DNA from: Planctomycetota bacterium
GTDB lineage: Bacteria > Planctomycetota > SZUA-567 > H5-PLA8
DNA: 64,000 nt
Direction: 5' to 3'
Assembly: GCA_035628505.1 (NCBI GenBank)
Contig: DASPJR010000158.1
Location: 20,183 to 84,182, forward strand
The notes below the pieces were generated by a model that was given only the letters and a program-made list of their open reading frames with translations, ran no database searches and was not told where the DNA came from. The translations under genes and the position numbers were made by a program. Positions 1-10,090 of the stretch are shown piece by piece. Position 1 is the first letter of the stretch; each line of letters starts with the position of its first letter.

Positions 1-1
1 G

Positions 2-844
2 CATCAGCACCGCCAGCAGCGCCTGAACGCTCAGGAAAAATGCGGGCAGGACGTCTTCCCGAGCCAGCACGACGACGATGCCGCACACAATCAGCGCCAG
101 CGTCAGATCGATAAAGGCGGCGAGCGCGCGCGACGCCTTACCCGCCAGCGGCCAGGCGCTAATGCGGCCGTAACCGTCACCTTCGTCCTCCGCGCGCTGC
201 GGACGCAAGCGGTCGGCAGCCGTCGCAGCCGCCGTCCTGCTCACACGGTGAACCACGGCCTCACCGGCCTCGTTCTCGTCTTCGCTCAGCAGCGGAATAG
301 TATCGTCCGATGAGGGGAATGGCGGTACGTCAGCTGGAAATCCCGAAAGGGCGCGAATCGGCGCGATGGGCGTGGTGTGTTCTTCGGCGCGATTCTCAAA
401 GAGCTCGGAAATACGGATCGGGCCTTTGGCGGCACTCTCCGGTGGAGCGGTCTCCTTCGAAGGCGCCGCGAGAGGCCCCTGCCCGGGCGAAGCAGAAATC
501 AGGAAAGCCTTTTTAGACATCAGATAGCCCGGCAGCTTCATGCGTCTGCCGCACTTCGGGCAGCGGCCAACGGGCTGATCGATCGAGGCCGGCGAGCGCA
601 CGCGTTTGCCGCAGAAGCAGGTCAGCTTCCAGTATTCCTTGCCGTCTGCGGCGCGGACCATTTCGCAGTGCGGAGGGATTTCAGCTTTCGCGCGGGCCGC
701 GTCAGATGCCGGTTTGACGGCGCTGCTTTCCGCCCTGGGCACGGAGATGAACTTTTTGCAGCCCGGGCAATAGGTCTCGCCGCCCGCTTCCGTATCAGCG
801 ACTTCGTGCTTGCTGCCACACGAGCAGGTGAAGGCGATCGGCAT
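2..844 (-). CDS. Zinc-ribbon + RDD-family membrane protein (3' end runs off the window start)
   Basis: Manual translation, absent from the ORF track: MPIAFTCSCGSKHEV...YCPGCK, a second ribbon LTCFCGK...RCPKCG, a low-complexity linker, then RALAAFIDLTLALIV (RDD-type motif) and hydrophobic segments. Confidence 0.8.
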   Translation of the reverse strand, partial: MPIAFTCSCGSKHEVADTEAGGETYCPGCKKFISVPRAESSAVKPASDAARAKAEIPPHCEMVRAADGKEYWKLTCFCGKRVRSPASIDQPVGRCPKCGRRMKLPGYLMSKKAFLISASPGQGPLAAPSKETAPPESAAKGPIRISELFENRAEEHTTPIAPIRALSGFPADVPPFPSSDDTIPLLSEDENEAGEAVVHRVSRTAAATAADRLRPQRAEDEGDGYGRISAWPLAGKASRALAAFIDLTLALIVCGIVVVLAREDVLPAFFLSVQALLAVLM

Positions 845-943
845 GGTCCGAACCTCTAATAATCGTACCGCGGCACAGAGGCTAGACTGCCGGCGGCCTG
901 TTTTTCCTGCGTGTTCCGTGCAAAAGTATAGTCGAGAGCCGCC

Positions 944-2191
944 CTAGTCCGCTACTTCCTCGGCCAACGCGGCATTCTCCTTGCGCGAACGCGCACTGCG
1001 GATCTCCGGGACCAGCAGCAGCGAGGCAAGCACCATCAGCACCGCCGCGCTGATGCTTACGCTCTGGAAGGAGTACTTCGTCACCGCGTGAAAAGCGACA
1101 AGCGGCGCAAGCACGCCACGGAGGCCTGTCAGGAACGTATGCACGGACATGTACTCAGCCACACGGTCCGGCGGCGCCAGCTTGGTGACCCACAGGCTCC
1201 AGGCGACATCGCCTCCCGCGTTCGAGATGCCAAAAATAATCGCGCCAAAGATCATTCCCTCCATGTCGCGCCCGGCAAAGAACGCAATTGCGCCCATTGC
1301 AAAGCCGACATTCAGGATGAAACGCAGGCCGAAAAAGTTCATGCGATCAAACAGGCGGCCCCAGAGGGGGCTTAGTGCCAGGCGCGCGATGTTGGGGATC
1401 ACACCGGTCAGCAGTGCTATCTGGTCGGCCTGGAACGGCGTTCCGTAGCGCGGATTGGCCATGTATTCGACGCGCAGCTGAACCATCATGAGATTGGCAA
1501 ATCCCATCAGCATCCACGATAGCAGCGTCATGCGGAACAGTGCATCGTCGCGTACATGCCGCAGCCCGCGGAACGGGCTGATCTGTCCATCCCGATGCAG
1601 CGGACGCGACGGACAGCGGCTGAGCAGCACGGCCGAACCGAAAAGCTCCGCGGCAAAAACACCCAGCAGGAGCGGAAAGTACAAAATGTCCGTCTCAAGT
1701 AGTTCGCCTGCGAGGTAACTGAAAAGCGTCGCTGCAGCGATGCGGATCATGAACGCACCTGAAAACAGGCGGCCGCGGCGGTCTGCAGGATAGTTATCCT
1801 GGTACATCTGCGTGAGGAGAGGAATGATCGAGGTCGCCAAGGTCATCCCGAGCATACTGCCCAGGATGAATACCGTTTCATCGTGTAGCAGCGCCACCAT
1901 GGCGAATGCAACGGAAGCGGCTGCCAGCATGGCTGCCGCAACTTTGGACACACGCCAGCCGCGCATGGCCACCCAGTAAACCGTCAGGGGCGTCAGGATC
2001 ATGCCGAAGTTTCCGCCGGCGGCGACCAGCGCTTTAGCACTGGGACCGGCCTGGTAAAACTTCACGGCAATATAGAGTAGAAACGTGCTGCCGGCGGTCT
2101 CTAGAATGCCCGCAGCAACCGCCCGCCAGCGTTCATAACGGTAGGTGACCTGCTCGTCCGATTCGCTGGGTGTCTGTGCGTCTTCCGCCAA
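944..2191 (-). CDS. MFS transporter
   Basis: 415 aa with about 12 hydrophobic segments and MFS-like loop motifs (YPADRRGRL, WGRLFDR, PPDRVAEYMS). Confidence 0.85.
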   Translation of the reverse strand: MAEDAQTPSESDEQVTYRYERWRAVAAGILETAGSTFLLYIAVKFYQAGPSAKALVAAGGNFGMILTPLTVYWVAMRGWRVSKVAAAMLAAASVAFAMVALLHDETVFILGSMLGMTLATSIIPLLTQMYQDNYPADRRGRLFSGAFMIRIAAATLFSYLAGELLETDILYFPLLLGVFAAELFGSAVLLSRCPSRPLHRDGQISPFRGLRHVRDDALFRMTLLSWMLMGFANLMMVQLRVEYMANPRYGTPFQADQIALLTGVIPNIARLALSPLWGRLFDRMNFFGLRFILNVGFAMGAIAFFAGRDMEGMIFGAIIFGISNAGGDVAWSLWVTKLAPPDRVAEYMSVHTFLTGLRGVLAPLVAFHAVTKYSFQSVSISAAVLMVLASLLLVPEIRSARSRKENAALAEEVAD

Positions 2192-2268
2192 AGGCTGTGC
2201 TCATCCTTCCGAAGGAATCAGCTTAGCGGACAGTGCATCTTTCTAAAAGTGCGCCGGCAGCGCGCGGA

Positions 2269-4203
2269 TCAGATCGCCACAGGCTGCTGGAATTCCTGCG
2301 GGGGAAGCGGGTAGCCGCCGAGCAGGGCCTCCATGTCTTCGAGCTTGCGGATGTTGTACGCGAGGTTGGACTCGAGGTATTCCTGCACATGCCGTTCATG
2401 TGTCAGGCGCAGAGCCTGATGCTGAAAATTGCTGATGATCCCCGGGAGCTTGTTCTTGGCGTCCATGATGCGCCAGCGCAGGCGCCCGCTGTGGAACGGA
2501 TCGCCGCACCCGGCCTGCAGATTCGAGAAATTCCCGCTGACGTCTGTTTCAAACTGCTTGACGTACTCGGCCAGCGAGCCCAGCGCGCTCCAGCTTTCCA
2601 GGAACGCGAGTGTCGCACCGTTGCGCGTAGCATGTTTCATTTCGTGGATGAAGAATTCGCGGGCGCGGCGCGGGTGGTCACGCAGCAGCATATCAAACGC
2701 GGCCCACAACCGGTTCTGCATCCCGGAATCTTTAACGCCGAACATGCGCGCGACAAACCGCTGCGGGAATTGCTCGCGCGGCAGGCCCTTAAGTCCCGAC
2801 CATACGCGTTCAGCGGCATAGTGCGCTCCGGGCCAGCTCACTTCCGGCGGCTGAAACATGGGGCCGAGCGTGTAATCGCGCGTCCAGGCGGTTGTAATCA
2901 GCCCTTCCAGATAGCCCATCTCAGCCGCTTCAGTCCAGGCGTCGATGTTGTCAAAGGAGTCGTACCGGGAACTGGGCGAGCGTGTCGCCGCGCCCCAGAC
3001 TTTGCGCCCAAGCTTCCGGTAACGGTCGAGGTTGGTCAGAATCGCAGGCGTCGCGCGACCGCCGTGCCCTTCGTACTGCCAGAACGTCAGGATCGTCTCG
3101 GGCGGCAGCCATTTGACCTGCTCGTCGCTCATGCGCCGGAACATGTCGTCCCAGATCATCGGCGAGCGGCCGCCGGCGGTAAGGTAACGGCAGACCTTGC
3201 CAACGTAATCCAGGTAGAGCGCCGCGCGCCCGCCCAGCTGCTTGGCGCGAGCCTCACTGGCGGGATTCACTCCGAGCAGCCGTGTTTCATCGCCGCCCAC
3301 ATGCATGAACTTGCCGCTGTGAATGGACGCGAGGTCTTCCAACATCGCCGTAACGATTCCCAGCGTCTCCGGAACCACCGGGCAATACTGCAGGAAGTAT
3401 TCAGAGTGCTCGCGCAGCGAAGCATAGGCTGGAATGCGCAGCACGTGGCCGGCGTTTCCGATGCAGGGAACAAGCGGAATGAGGGTGACGCCAAGGTCCT
3501 GCGCATACAAATCGATCTCGGAAAGTTCTGAAGGCATCAGCGCGCCTTCGGAGGCCAATCCTGGCTGCGAGGGAAAGTTGAAATAGGATTCATATTCGAG
3601 GATCAACGTGTTGATCTTCAGATCCGCGAACATGGATATGACAGTCTTGAGGTACTCTGCGTTGGGCGCCCAGCCTTTGAAATCCAGATGCATGGCGCGG
3701 AATGGCAGCAGCGGAAAATCTTCAATTTCCATTCCCAGGACTTCAGGACCGTCATGAATGAGCTGGCGCAACGTCGCACCTGCGTGCTGCAAGCCCTGTT
3801 CATCGGCGCCATAAAGGAGCGCACCGGTGGCGGTGACGGTGAGACGGTAACCCTCCGGCGATGCCGTTGCTCCGCGCAGAGGGCGGTCGCTTCCATCCAC
3901 TTTCGGGAAGGTGGCAGACGGCGTGAAATACGCCTGCGTCGGTGCCAGTTTCGAGGTGGTTTCAGGAGCAGTGCGAAAACCCATGTCGAACAGCTGCTGG
4001 CACAAAGTATGACAACGCCGGCGGATGCCCACGGTAGCTTTGTCTGAGATATATAGAAAGTTAGACGGCGTCGGCCGGAACGGCGCACCTCGCAAACTGA
4101 TGCTGCGCGGAAAAGGCAACAGATTCAATTTAGGGGGCGGGCTGGATTCAAGTTGAACATCCAATGCCATAGTTTTTTCCGGCTCCGGTCGGCGGCCTGT
4201 CAC
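2269..4203 (-). CDS. Glycoside hydrolase family 20 (beta-N-acetylhexosaminidase-like)
   Basis: GH20b-like N-domain (PEGYRLTVT...YGADEQGLQHAGATLRQL), RAMHLDFKG, catalytic HVGGDET, PMIWDDM. The start could be the second ATG at 4168. Confidence 0.85.
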   Translation of the reverse strand: MTGRRPEPEKTMALDVQLESSPPPKLNLLPFPRSISLRGAPFRPTPSNFLYISDKATVGIRRRCHTLCQQLFDMGFRTAPETTSKLAPTQAYFTPSATFPKVDGSDRPLRGATASPEGYRLTVTATGALLYGADEQGLQHAGATLRQLIHDGPEVLGMEIEDFPLLPFRAMHLDFKGWAPNAEYLKTVISMFADLKINTLILEYESYFNFPSQPGLASEGALMPSELSEIDLYAQDLGVTLIPLVPCIGNAGHVLRIPAYASLREHSEYFLQYCPVVPETLGIVTAMLEDLASIHSGKFMHVGGDETRLLGVNPASEARAKQLGGRAALYLDYVGKVCRYLTAGGRSPMIWDDMFRRMSDEQVKWLPPETILTFWQYEGHGGRATPAILTNLDRYRKLGRKVWGAATRSPSSRYDSFDNIDAWTEAAEMGYLEGLITTAWTRDYTLGPMFQPPEVSWPGAHYAAERVWSGLKGLPREQFPQRFVARMFGVKDSGMQNRLWAAFDMLLRDHPRRAREFFIHEMKHATRNGATLAFLESWSALGSLAEYVKQFETDVSGNFSNLQAGCGDPFHSGRLRWRIMDAKNKLPGIISNFQHQALRLTHERHVQEYLESNLAYNIRKLEDMEALLGGYPLPPQEFQQPVAI

Positions 4204-4317
4204 GAGACGGATTCAGTTTGCCTCGCGGAAACATTTTCGCAAGCGCACGCGCGTGCGCCAGGCGTGCCGGTGGTTATGGCATAGTGTTTTCTTCTAACCA
4301 TAACCTGGGAGCGCGCC

Positions 4318-5529
4318 ATGGCACTGCGAATCTATCTCTCGCCCGATGCCTTCAGCGGAACCAAATTCGCGTCTTCCGAGACGCTTCGCCAGAAAAAGGA
4401 TTGCATAATAAACCAATGGCTCGTGACCGTGCGCCACAGAGTTCGTGCAGCATCTTTTTACGACGATAACGTGATTATCGATTCTTTGCCTGAATACCTG
4501 GACGAGCTTGCGGTTTTGCTGTCGCCATCTAAAGAAAAGCATGTTGAGGTCGCCTTGTCGACCGTGCGAACCTCCCGCGAACATGCCCGTCAGCGCACAA
4601 CTCTCGCGCATTACACCCTGGAAGACGTGCTGCTCGAACACGATATTCTCCAGGATTTGATTCTCCGGGAGACCAACCCGGAGGACAGCCTTACGGTTGC
4701 CGAAGTTATTTCGAAAGGTGTTCGCGACGCCGCGGTCGAGTTCATGCATCAGCAACTCGCCAAAAAGGAGGCGTTGCTGAACGAAAATCATCGCGTCATT
4801 GATGCACTCCAGAAGGAGCGTGAACTGCGCGAACAATTCGTCGCGGCGCTGACGCACGACCTGCGCCAGCCCTTATCGTCTGCAAGAGTAAGCGCGCAGC
4901 TTCTGCAGCGCGACCCGGACGGGCCGTCGCGGACAACACTGATAGCGCGAACTCTGGAAAGCCTCAATCGCATCGAACGCATGGTCGGCGATCTACTCGA
5001 CGCCACTCAGATTCGGGCCGGGCACAAACTCTCGCTTGTGATCAGCGAGTGCGACCTGGCGAAGATCTGCCAGAGCGTTACTGGCGAAGTGGCAACCAGC
5101 GCGGGAGACCGTTTCGTGTGCAAATTCCCAGAAGGAACAATCCGTGGCTTCTGGGACGAAGCCAACGTCAGCCGCGCTCTGAGCAATCTTCTTTCTAATG
5201 CGGTGAAGTACGGCGATCCCGCTGAAAAGGTCGAAATCACCTTTTTCAAAAAGAATGACTACGTTCACGTTGCCGTCAGCAATCGTGGATCTCCCTTAAG
5301 TGCTGCCGAACAGCGCATGATTTTCATGCCCTACTATCGAGCCAATTCAGCCCGTCACACTGGAAAAAAGGGCTGGGGGCTTGGCTTGACACTGGTCAAG
5401 GGGATCGCTGAAGCGCATGGCGGTGATGTTTCTGTCAGCAGCGACGGCGGCGTCACGACATTCACGTTGATCCTGCCAATCGACGCGCGACAATTTGTTG
5501 AAAGTACTTCTTCTGTCCGCACGGAATAG
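4318..5529 (+). CDS. Sensor histidine kinase (HisKA + HATPase_c) with RsbRD_N-like N-terminal domain
   Basis: H-box LTHDLRQPL, N-box NLLSNAVKY, G-boxes GWGLGLTLV and AHGG; soluble N-terminus. Confidence 0.9.
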   Translation: MALRIYLSPDAFSGTKFASSETLRQKKDCIINQWLVTVRHRVRAASFYDDNVIIDSLPEYLDELAVLLSPSKEKHVEVALSTVRTSREHARQRTTLAHYTLEDVLLEHDILQDLILRETNPEDSLTVAEVISKGVRDAAVEFMHQQLAKKEALLNENHRVIDALQKERELREQFVAALTHDLRQPLSSARVSAQLLQRDPDGPSRTTLIARTLESLNRIERMVGDLLDATQIRAGHKLSLVISECDLAKICQSVTGEVATSAGDRFVCKFPEGTIRGFWDEANVSRALSNLLSNAVKYGDPAEKVEITFFKKNDYVHVAVSNRGSPLSAAEQRMIFMPYYRANSARHTGKKGWGLGLTLVKGIAEAHGGDVSVSSDGGVTTFTLILPIDARQFVESTSSVRTE

Positions 5530-5717
5530 CGGCAGAATTCAGCCTCGTGTCCGGTTTTCGGACTCCAGGATCACTCCATTTCGAAAAAACGGCCCGGGTC
5601 ATAAGCGCGGCTTGTTTAATTTTGAAAATCCGCTCAGGAGACTGTGAATACAGGCCGCCGGCTTGCTAATTCAGATGCCAACGGGCCCGAAGGCCCGCGG
5701 ACTGGGATTTACATGGC

Positions 5718-6089
5718 ATGATGCAGAATAAACCTGCACGTCGCGAACTCTACGCGGTCCATCAGCGTGGAAGTTGTGTGTGGCAGGTGAAGCGATCAGG
5801 CAGGCCGATCAGCTATCACCGCTGCAAGTTCGATGCGATTAACTTTGCAATGGCGCATTCGAACGCGAGAGCAGTGATCTTAGTAGTGCCAGAAGCCGAG
5901 GAAGGAGAAATGATGAGACGACGACAAGCGCGACGAGCACGACAAGCCGCGCAGGTGCACGCGGAGGTGGATCGCAAGGAACGTGAACACGAAGCTGCGA
6001 TCAGCCTGCCGGCGGCGGAGTCGAATGAACCCGTGGAGAAGAATCTTGTGAAAGCATCCGCGGACGAAGTGGCGCCTCGGCCCGAGTAA
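5718..6089 (+). CDS. Hypothetical protein (weak DUF2188-like N-terminus)
   Basis: 123-aa ORF; YAVHQRG..WQVKRSG...H..K.DAI.FA resembles DUF2188. Confidence 0.45.
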   Translation: MMQNKPARRELYAVHQRGSCVWQVKRSGRPISYHRCKFDAINFAMAHSNARAVILVVPEAEEGEMMRRRQARRARQAAQVHAEVDRKEREHEAAISLPAAESNEPVEKNLVKASADEVAPRPE

Positions 6090-6131
6090 AGTACCCAGCG
6101 TCACTTCCACATCCACTTATTGGAGAAAATT

Positions 6132-6563
6132 ATGAAACTTTCAGCCCTTTTAGCACTGCCGTTCGTTTTCGCTCTTTCGATTGTTCCAGCCTTCGCAGCC
6201 GACAAGGAGGAGAAGGTCGAGATCAAGTCAGAGAACAAGGACGGCAAATCCGAGTTCAAAATGAAGGTTAAGAAGAAAGACAAGGACTACGTCGGCGTGA
6301 GCGGAGACAAAGAGTACATCCTGCGCGGTGAGTCGGTTTCGACGATCAAGAGCGAAGGCGAGTACACCGTTTATGGGGATATCTCCGCCGACGGACGCTA
6401 TATCGAAACGCGCAGCATCGAGCCGGTTGTCGTGCACCGCGACGTGAAGGTCGAAGAGCCGATCGATGTCAAGGTTGAGGAGCGGCCGGTCATCCGCGAG
6501 CGGGAAGTCGAAGTGAAGAAGGAACCGCTCGTGAAGCTCCCTGGCGTGGAAATCAACCCGTAG
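6132..6563 (+). CDS. Secreted hypothetical protein with Lys/Glu/Val-rich repeats
   Basis: GGAG RBS before the ATG at 6132; signal peptide MKLSALLALPFVFALSIVPAFA; followed by a terminator. Confidence 0.75.
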   Translation: MKLSALLALPFVFALSIVPAFAADKEEKVEIKSENKDGKSEFKMKVKKKDKDYVGVSGDKEYILRGESVSTIKSEGEYTVYGDISADGRYIETRSIEPVVVHRDVKVEEPIDVKVEERPVIREREVEVKKEPLVKLPGVEINP

Positions 6564-6589
6564 TCTGAATTAGTCCAAAGCAGTCTGAG

Positions 6590-6628
6590 GCAGCCGCCGG
6601 CCTAACATGCCGGCGGCTGCTTTCTTTA
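6590..6628 (+). terminator. Intrinsic terminator
   Basis: GCAGCCGCCGGC-loop-GCCGGCGGCTGC followed by TTTCTTT. Confidence 0.8.
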
Positions 6629-6731
6629 AAGAAGGCGAACATCTTGACAGAAGCCAGTCTCGTCACGTAGCTTTAACCCTGTCCGTTCACACGGCTCGTC
6701 CCAAAGCTGCGCTCCAGGCGAGAAAAGTCAG

Positions 6732-8105
6732 ATGCCCAATCTGGACGACATCCGTTTAGGCCAGCTCTCTGTCGCCCAGGGGCTCTGCCTTCCAATGGAA
6801 GTCGAAGAGTGCCTCACCCAGCAGCACCGCAGCGAACAGAACGGGGGCACCGAGCGCCTGGGCGAACTGCTGATCGCGCGAGGTTATCTCACGCGGACGC
6901 AGCTCACGCGCCTGCTCAATCTGCAGCGTGAAACAGAACAGAAAGTTTCGCGCATCGGTCCCTACGAGCTGATCCGCAAGCTCGGCGAAGGCGGCATGGG
7001 CGCGGTCTACCAGGCCAAGGACACACGCAGCGACGAAATCGTGGCCTTGAAAGTCCTCCCGCGCAGCCGCGCCAAGGATAAAATCTTCCTGCAGCGGTTC
7101 GAACAGGAAGCGCGCGCCGCCTTTGAGCTTGATCATCCCAACATCGTCCACGGTCTCGACGTCGGGCAGGCAGACGGCTACCACTTCCTGGTCATGGAGT
7201 TCGTTCAGGGCAAGGACGTCTACGCTCTGCTGGAACAGAAAGGACGGCTTTCGGAAAAGGAAGTGCTGACGATCCTGGAGCAGATCGCGCAGGCGCTGGA
7301 CCACATCCACGGCGAGCGTCTGGTTCATCGCGACATCAAGCCGGAAAACATTATCGTCACCGAACGCGGCACGGCCAAGCTTGCTGACATGGGCCTTGCG
7401 GTCGACAGCGAGATCCAGGGCCGCCGCCGGATCACGCAGGCCGGCATAGCGATGGGCACTCCGTTTTATCTCTCGCCGGAGCAAATCGAAGGAAAGTCTG
7501 AGGCCGACATCCGTTCGGACATTTACGCGCTGGGCACCACCATTTACGAAGCGCTGACGGGGCGTCCGCCGTTTGAAGGCGAGACGCCTGCCGTCGTGAT
7601 GATGAAACATCTCAACGAGCAGGTGCCCAGCCCGCATGAAATTGATCACACGATTTCACAGAACTTCTGCCACCTGCTTGAGCGCATGATGGCCAAGAGC
7701 GCGTCCGAGCGTTACCAGACACCGGCGGAACTGCTCAGCGACATTCAACGCGTGAAAGCCGGCCAGGCGCCGCTTGGTGAGCGCCCCGCCAACGGCCGTT
7801 CGAGCGTGGCCCGGCCGCGCGACCATCATCCCGAACCGATTCCGGTCGTGGCCGGCACAGGACACCCGAGGACATCCGAAAATCTCGAGCAGCTTGAGCC
7901 GCTGCTGACCCCGATAACCAGCACGCAGGATTCACGCGTCGCCAGCGCGATCAAGTCGCGGAAAAGCATGCCCCACGCACTGCGCGGCCGTTCGGCGGCC
8001 GCTGCGTCCAGCGATCAGAACATAAAGTTGGCGATCGTTGTCGGCGTGGCCGTCGCCGTCGCCGTTCTGGCATTCATGCTCGTCGGTGTTTTTTCACCAG
8101 GTTAG
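6732..8105 (+). CDS. Hanks-type Ser/Thr protein kinase with N-terminal LGELLIARGYLT helical domain and C-terminal TM anchor
   Basis: LGEGGMGAVY, VALK, HRDIKPEN, DMG, YLSPE and DIYALG motifs. Confidence 0.92.
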   Translation: MPNLDDIRLGQLSVAQGLCLPMEVEECLTQQHRSEQNGGTERLGELLIARGYLTRTQLTRLLNLQRETEQKVSRIGPYELIRKLGEGGMGAVYQAKDTRSDEIVALKVLPRSRAKDKIFLQRFEQEARAAFELDHPNIVHGLDVGQADGYHFLVMEFVQGKDVYALLEQKGRLSEKEVLTILEQIAQALDHIHGERLVHRDIKPENIIVTERGTAKLADMGLAVDSEIQGRRRITQAGIAMGTPFYLSPEQIEGKSEADIRSDIYALGTTIYEALTGRPPFEGETPAVVMMKHLNEQVPSPHEIDHTISQNFCHLLERMMAKSASERYQTPAELLSDIQRVKAGQAPLGERPANGRSSVARPRDHHPEPIPVVAGTGHPRTSENLEQLEPLLTPITSTQDSRVASAIKSRKSMPHALRGRSAAAASSDQNIKLAIVVGVAVAVAVLAFMLVGVFSPG

Positions 8106-8447
8106 AAGCCGCATGACTATCAGGAAAAGCACAGAGGCAACGCTGAGCGCGGCCGTGCTGATGGCGATGACGCAGATTCTGCGCTCCTTTGCCGCGTGCG
8201 CGCGCTGCTGCTCGGCACGCTGCTCGGCCACTTTCTGGCGCAGCTCTTCAGTAATGTAGCGCTTGAAGTCTGCCTTCGATCCTTCCAGGAACGCCAGCGT
8301 TTGCGCTTCGAGCTTCTTGTCGATATAGGTTTGCTTGATCAGCGCCTGCTGCTGAATTTCTGCGGCTTTTTCGCGTTCAATCTGGCGTTCTCGCGCCGTA
8401 TATGAAACACGCCGGCGCACCGGCCTCTCGGCGGATTCCTGAGACAT
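8094..8447 (-). CDS. Small coiled-coil protein with C-terminal TM helix
   Basis: 117-aa ORF, RBS-like GGAGGGG upstream, hydrophobic C-terminus. Confidence 0.6.
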   Translation of the reverse strand: MSQESAERPVRRRVSYTARERQIEREKAAEIQQQALIKQTYIDKKLEAQTLAFLEGSKADFKRYITEELRQKVAEQRAEQQRAHAAKERRICVIAISTAALSVASVLFLIVMRLLTW

Positions 8448-8769
8448 TTTTCCCCTCCGATAAACATCTCACAATTCGATAGAATCTCTCGTTCCGGGCA
8501 TACAGGTCGCGCCCGGATTATTGACGCAGATTACGACGGCACATGCCGCGCCAGTTTAGCGTGCTCATGTGTCATGATTGTTTCCTCGGATACTCCCGCT
8601 TGTCTGACAATCGTTGAGTGTCCCGGAAACGTTACGCTGGGCCGCTTCTTTCCGACGGGAAATGAACGGACAGAGCCGCCGTGACACACGCACGAATCTG
8701 GCAGACCAGGGCGCCGCCGGCAGTTGACGCGTAAGTTGCATCTGTGATTATCAACCTGACAGGAGACTG

Positions 8770-9357
8770 GTGATGCGCGAGATCAAGACAGACAGCTATG
8801 GCCCCGCTGCGAAGGAACTGATCGCATTGGCGCAAAGCGAAGGGCGTCCGTCAACGCTGACGTTCTCGACGCCAGCGGCCGGGGCGCGTGCGGCGCTTGC
8901 AGGCATGAACGATCAGAATGTCTCGGCTAATCGCCGCGTGCGTATGCCGCACGATGCCGAATCGTTGCGCGCGGCGCTGTGGCTGCTGTTCGATTACGAA
9001 AAAGAGAGCCACGAGCTTTCGCAGAACATCCCCACGCCTTCGGGCAGCTACTGGCATGGCATCCTGCACCGTCGTGAGCCCGACGCGAGCAATGCGAAAT
9101 ACTGGATGGCGCGCATCGGTGAACATCCCGTCCTTCCTGAACTGCTGCAGGACGCGAGGGAAATCGCAAGCTTGGCCGGGCCAGCAGGGAAGACACTGCT
9201 TGGGGCGCTTGACAAGATGAGCATCTTTGACGCTGCCTGGTTCGTCGATCGCTGCACGACTCCAGCCGATCCGCAGAGCACAAAAGTGCTGCTGGACATC
9301 CAGCGGCGCGAATGGGCGCTGCTCTTCGACTATAATTTCAAGAAAGCCTTCGCCTGA
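8770..9357 (+). CDS. Conserved-looking hypothetical protein
   Basis: 195 aa, AGGAG RBS, motif SHELSQ...YWHGILHRREPD.SNAKYW. Confidence 0.7.
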   Translation: MMREIKTDSYGPAAKELIALAQSEGRPSTLTFSTPAAGARAALAGMNDQNVSANRRVRMPHDAESLRAALWLLFDYEKESHELSQNIPTPSGSYWHGILHRREPDASNAKYWMARIGEHPVLPELLQDAREIASLAGPAGKTLLGALDKMSIFDAAWFVDRCTTPADPQSTKVLLDIQRREWALLFDYNFKKAFA

Positions 9358-9358
9358 A

Positions 9359-9781
9359 TTAGAAACTCAAGCTGAAGAGATTGTGGTAGCCGATATAGAC
9401 GAGCACGGCATGCGCGAGCACGTCGCGGCCGATCAGGCACTGGATCTGATTGCCTGGGGTAGCGATGACCGCTCCCTGCCATGTTACGTTGTTGGGAAAG
9501 TAAAACCGGATTGCATATTCGAAGCAGGCCATGCTCGGATCAGACGCCGTTGCGATGTTGCAGGTGCCGCAGGGCTTCAAGCCCAGGCGTTGCACGTATG
9601 TCTCGGTGATAACGCTGCGGTCGGCCCCGGTATCGATCTTGAATTCAATAGGCAGGGGCGGCGGCACGATCACGCCTTCACGTTGCAGGGCAGCTTCAGT
9701 GGCCTGCGTCACACCGACCTGAGCCAGAACAATCAACCCCCGACTCTGGCATTTCTCGTTAGCAATGGTGAACGACGGCAC
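9359..9781 (-). CDS. Retropepsin-like aspartyl protease
   Basis: IDTGADRS catalytic motif and C-terminal LIGRDVL. Confidence 0.85.
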   Translation of the reverse strand: MPSFTIANEKCQSRGLIVLAQVGVTQATEAALQREGVIVPPPLPIEFKIDTGADRSVITETYVQRLGLKPCGTCNIATASDPSMACFEYAIRFYFPNNVTWQGAVIATPGNQIQCLIGRDVLAHAVLVYIGYHNLFSLSF

Positions 9782-9811
9782 AGCATCCCCTCCCGCTCGC
9801 GTCCGGATTTT

Positions 9812-10030
9812 TTACGCGAACTTTTTACGCCTGGCCGTAGTTATCTTCTTTACGAGAAAGGGCTCATTACCGAAGCGTCGGTAGCCCTCTTCGATGGCAT
9901 CGTACTGTTTTTGGAATACGCCAATTACATCCCGGTCTTTGACCAGGACGTATAACCCGCCGCGCGTTGCGGCGAGCTGTGGCTCGAGCTGGGCGAATGT
10001 CTGCAGCTCGGTTTCTAGAGGGTGGTGCAT
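9812..10030 (-). CDS. Small DUF5678-like protein, partner of the aspartyl protease
   Basis: 72 aa from the ATG at 10030 with a GGAG RBS; LETELQTF...YVLVKDRDVIGVF...DAIEEGYRRFG.EPFLVK. Confidence 0.65.
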   Translation of the reverse strand: MHHPLETELQTFAQLEPQLAATRGGLYVLVKDRDVIGVFQKQYDAIEEGYRRFGNEPFLVKKITTARRKKFA

Positions 10031-10090
10031 CCACATATCTCCCAAACACCCGTTCTTCGTGGGTGCCCGGGAGACATGTCTAAGCAAGAT

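Noticed and set aside
2233-3531. 432-aa plus-strand ORF
   Set aside because: Antisense shadow of the GH20 gene with no motifs.
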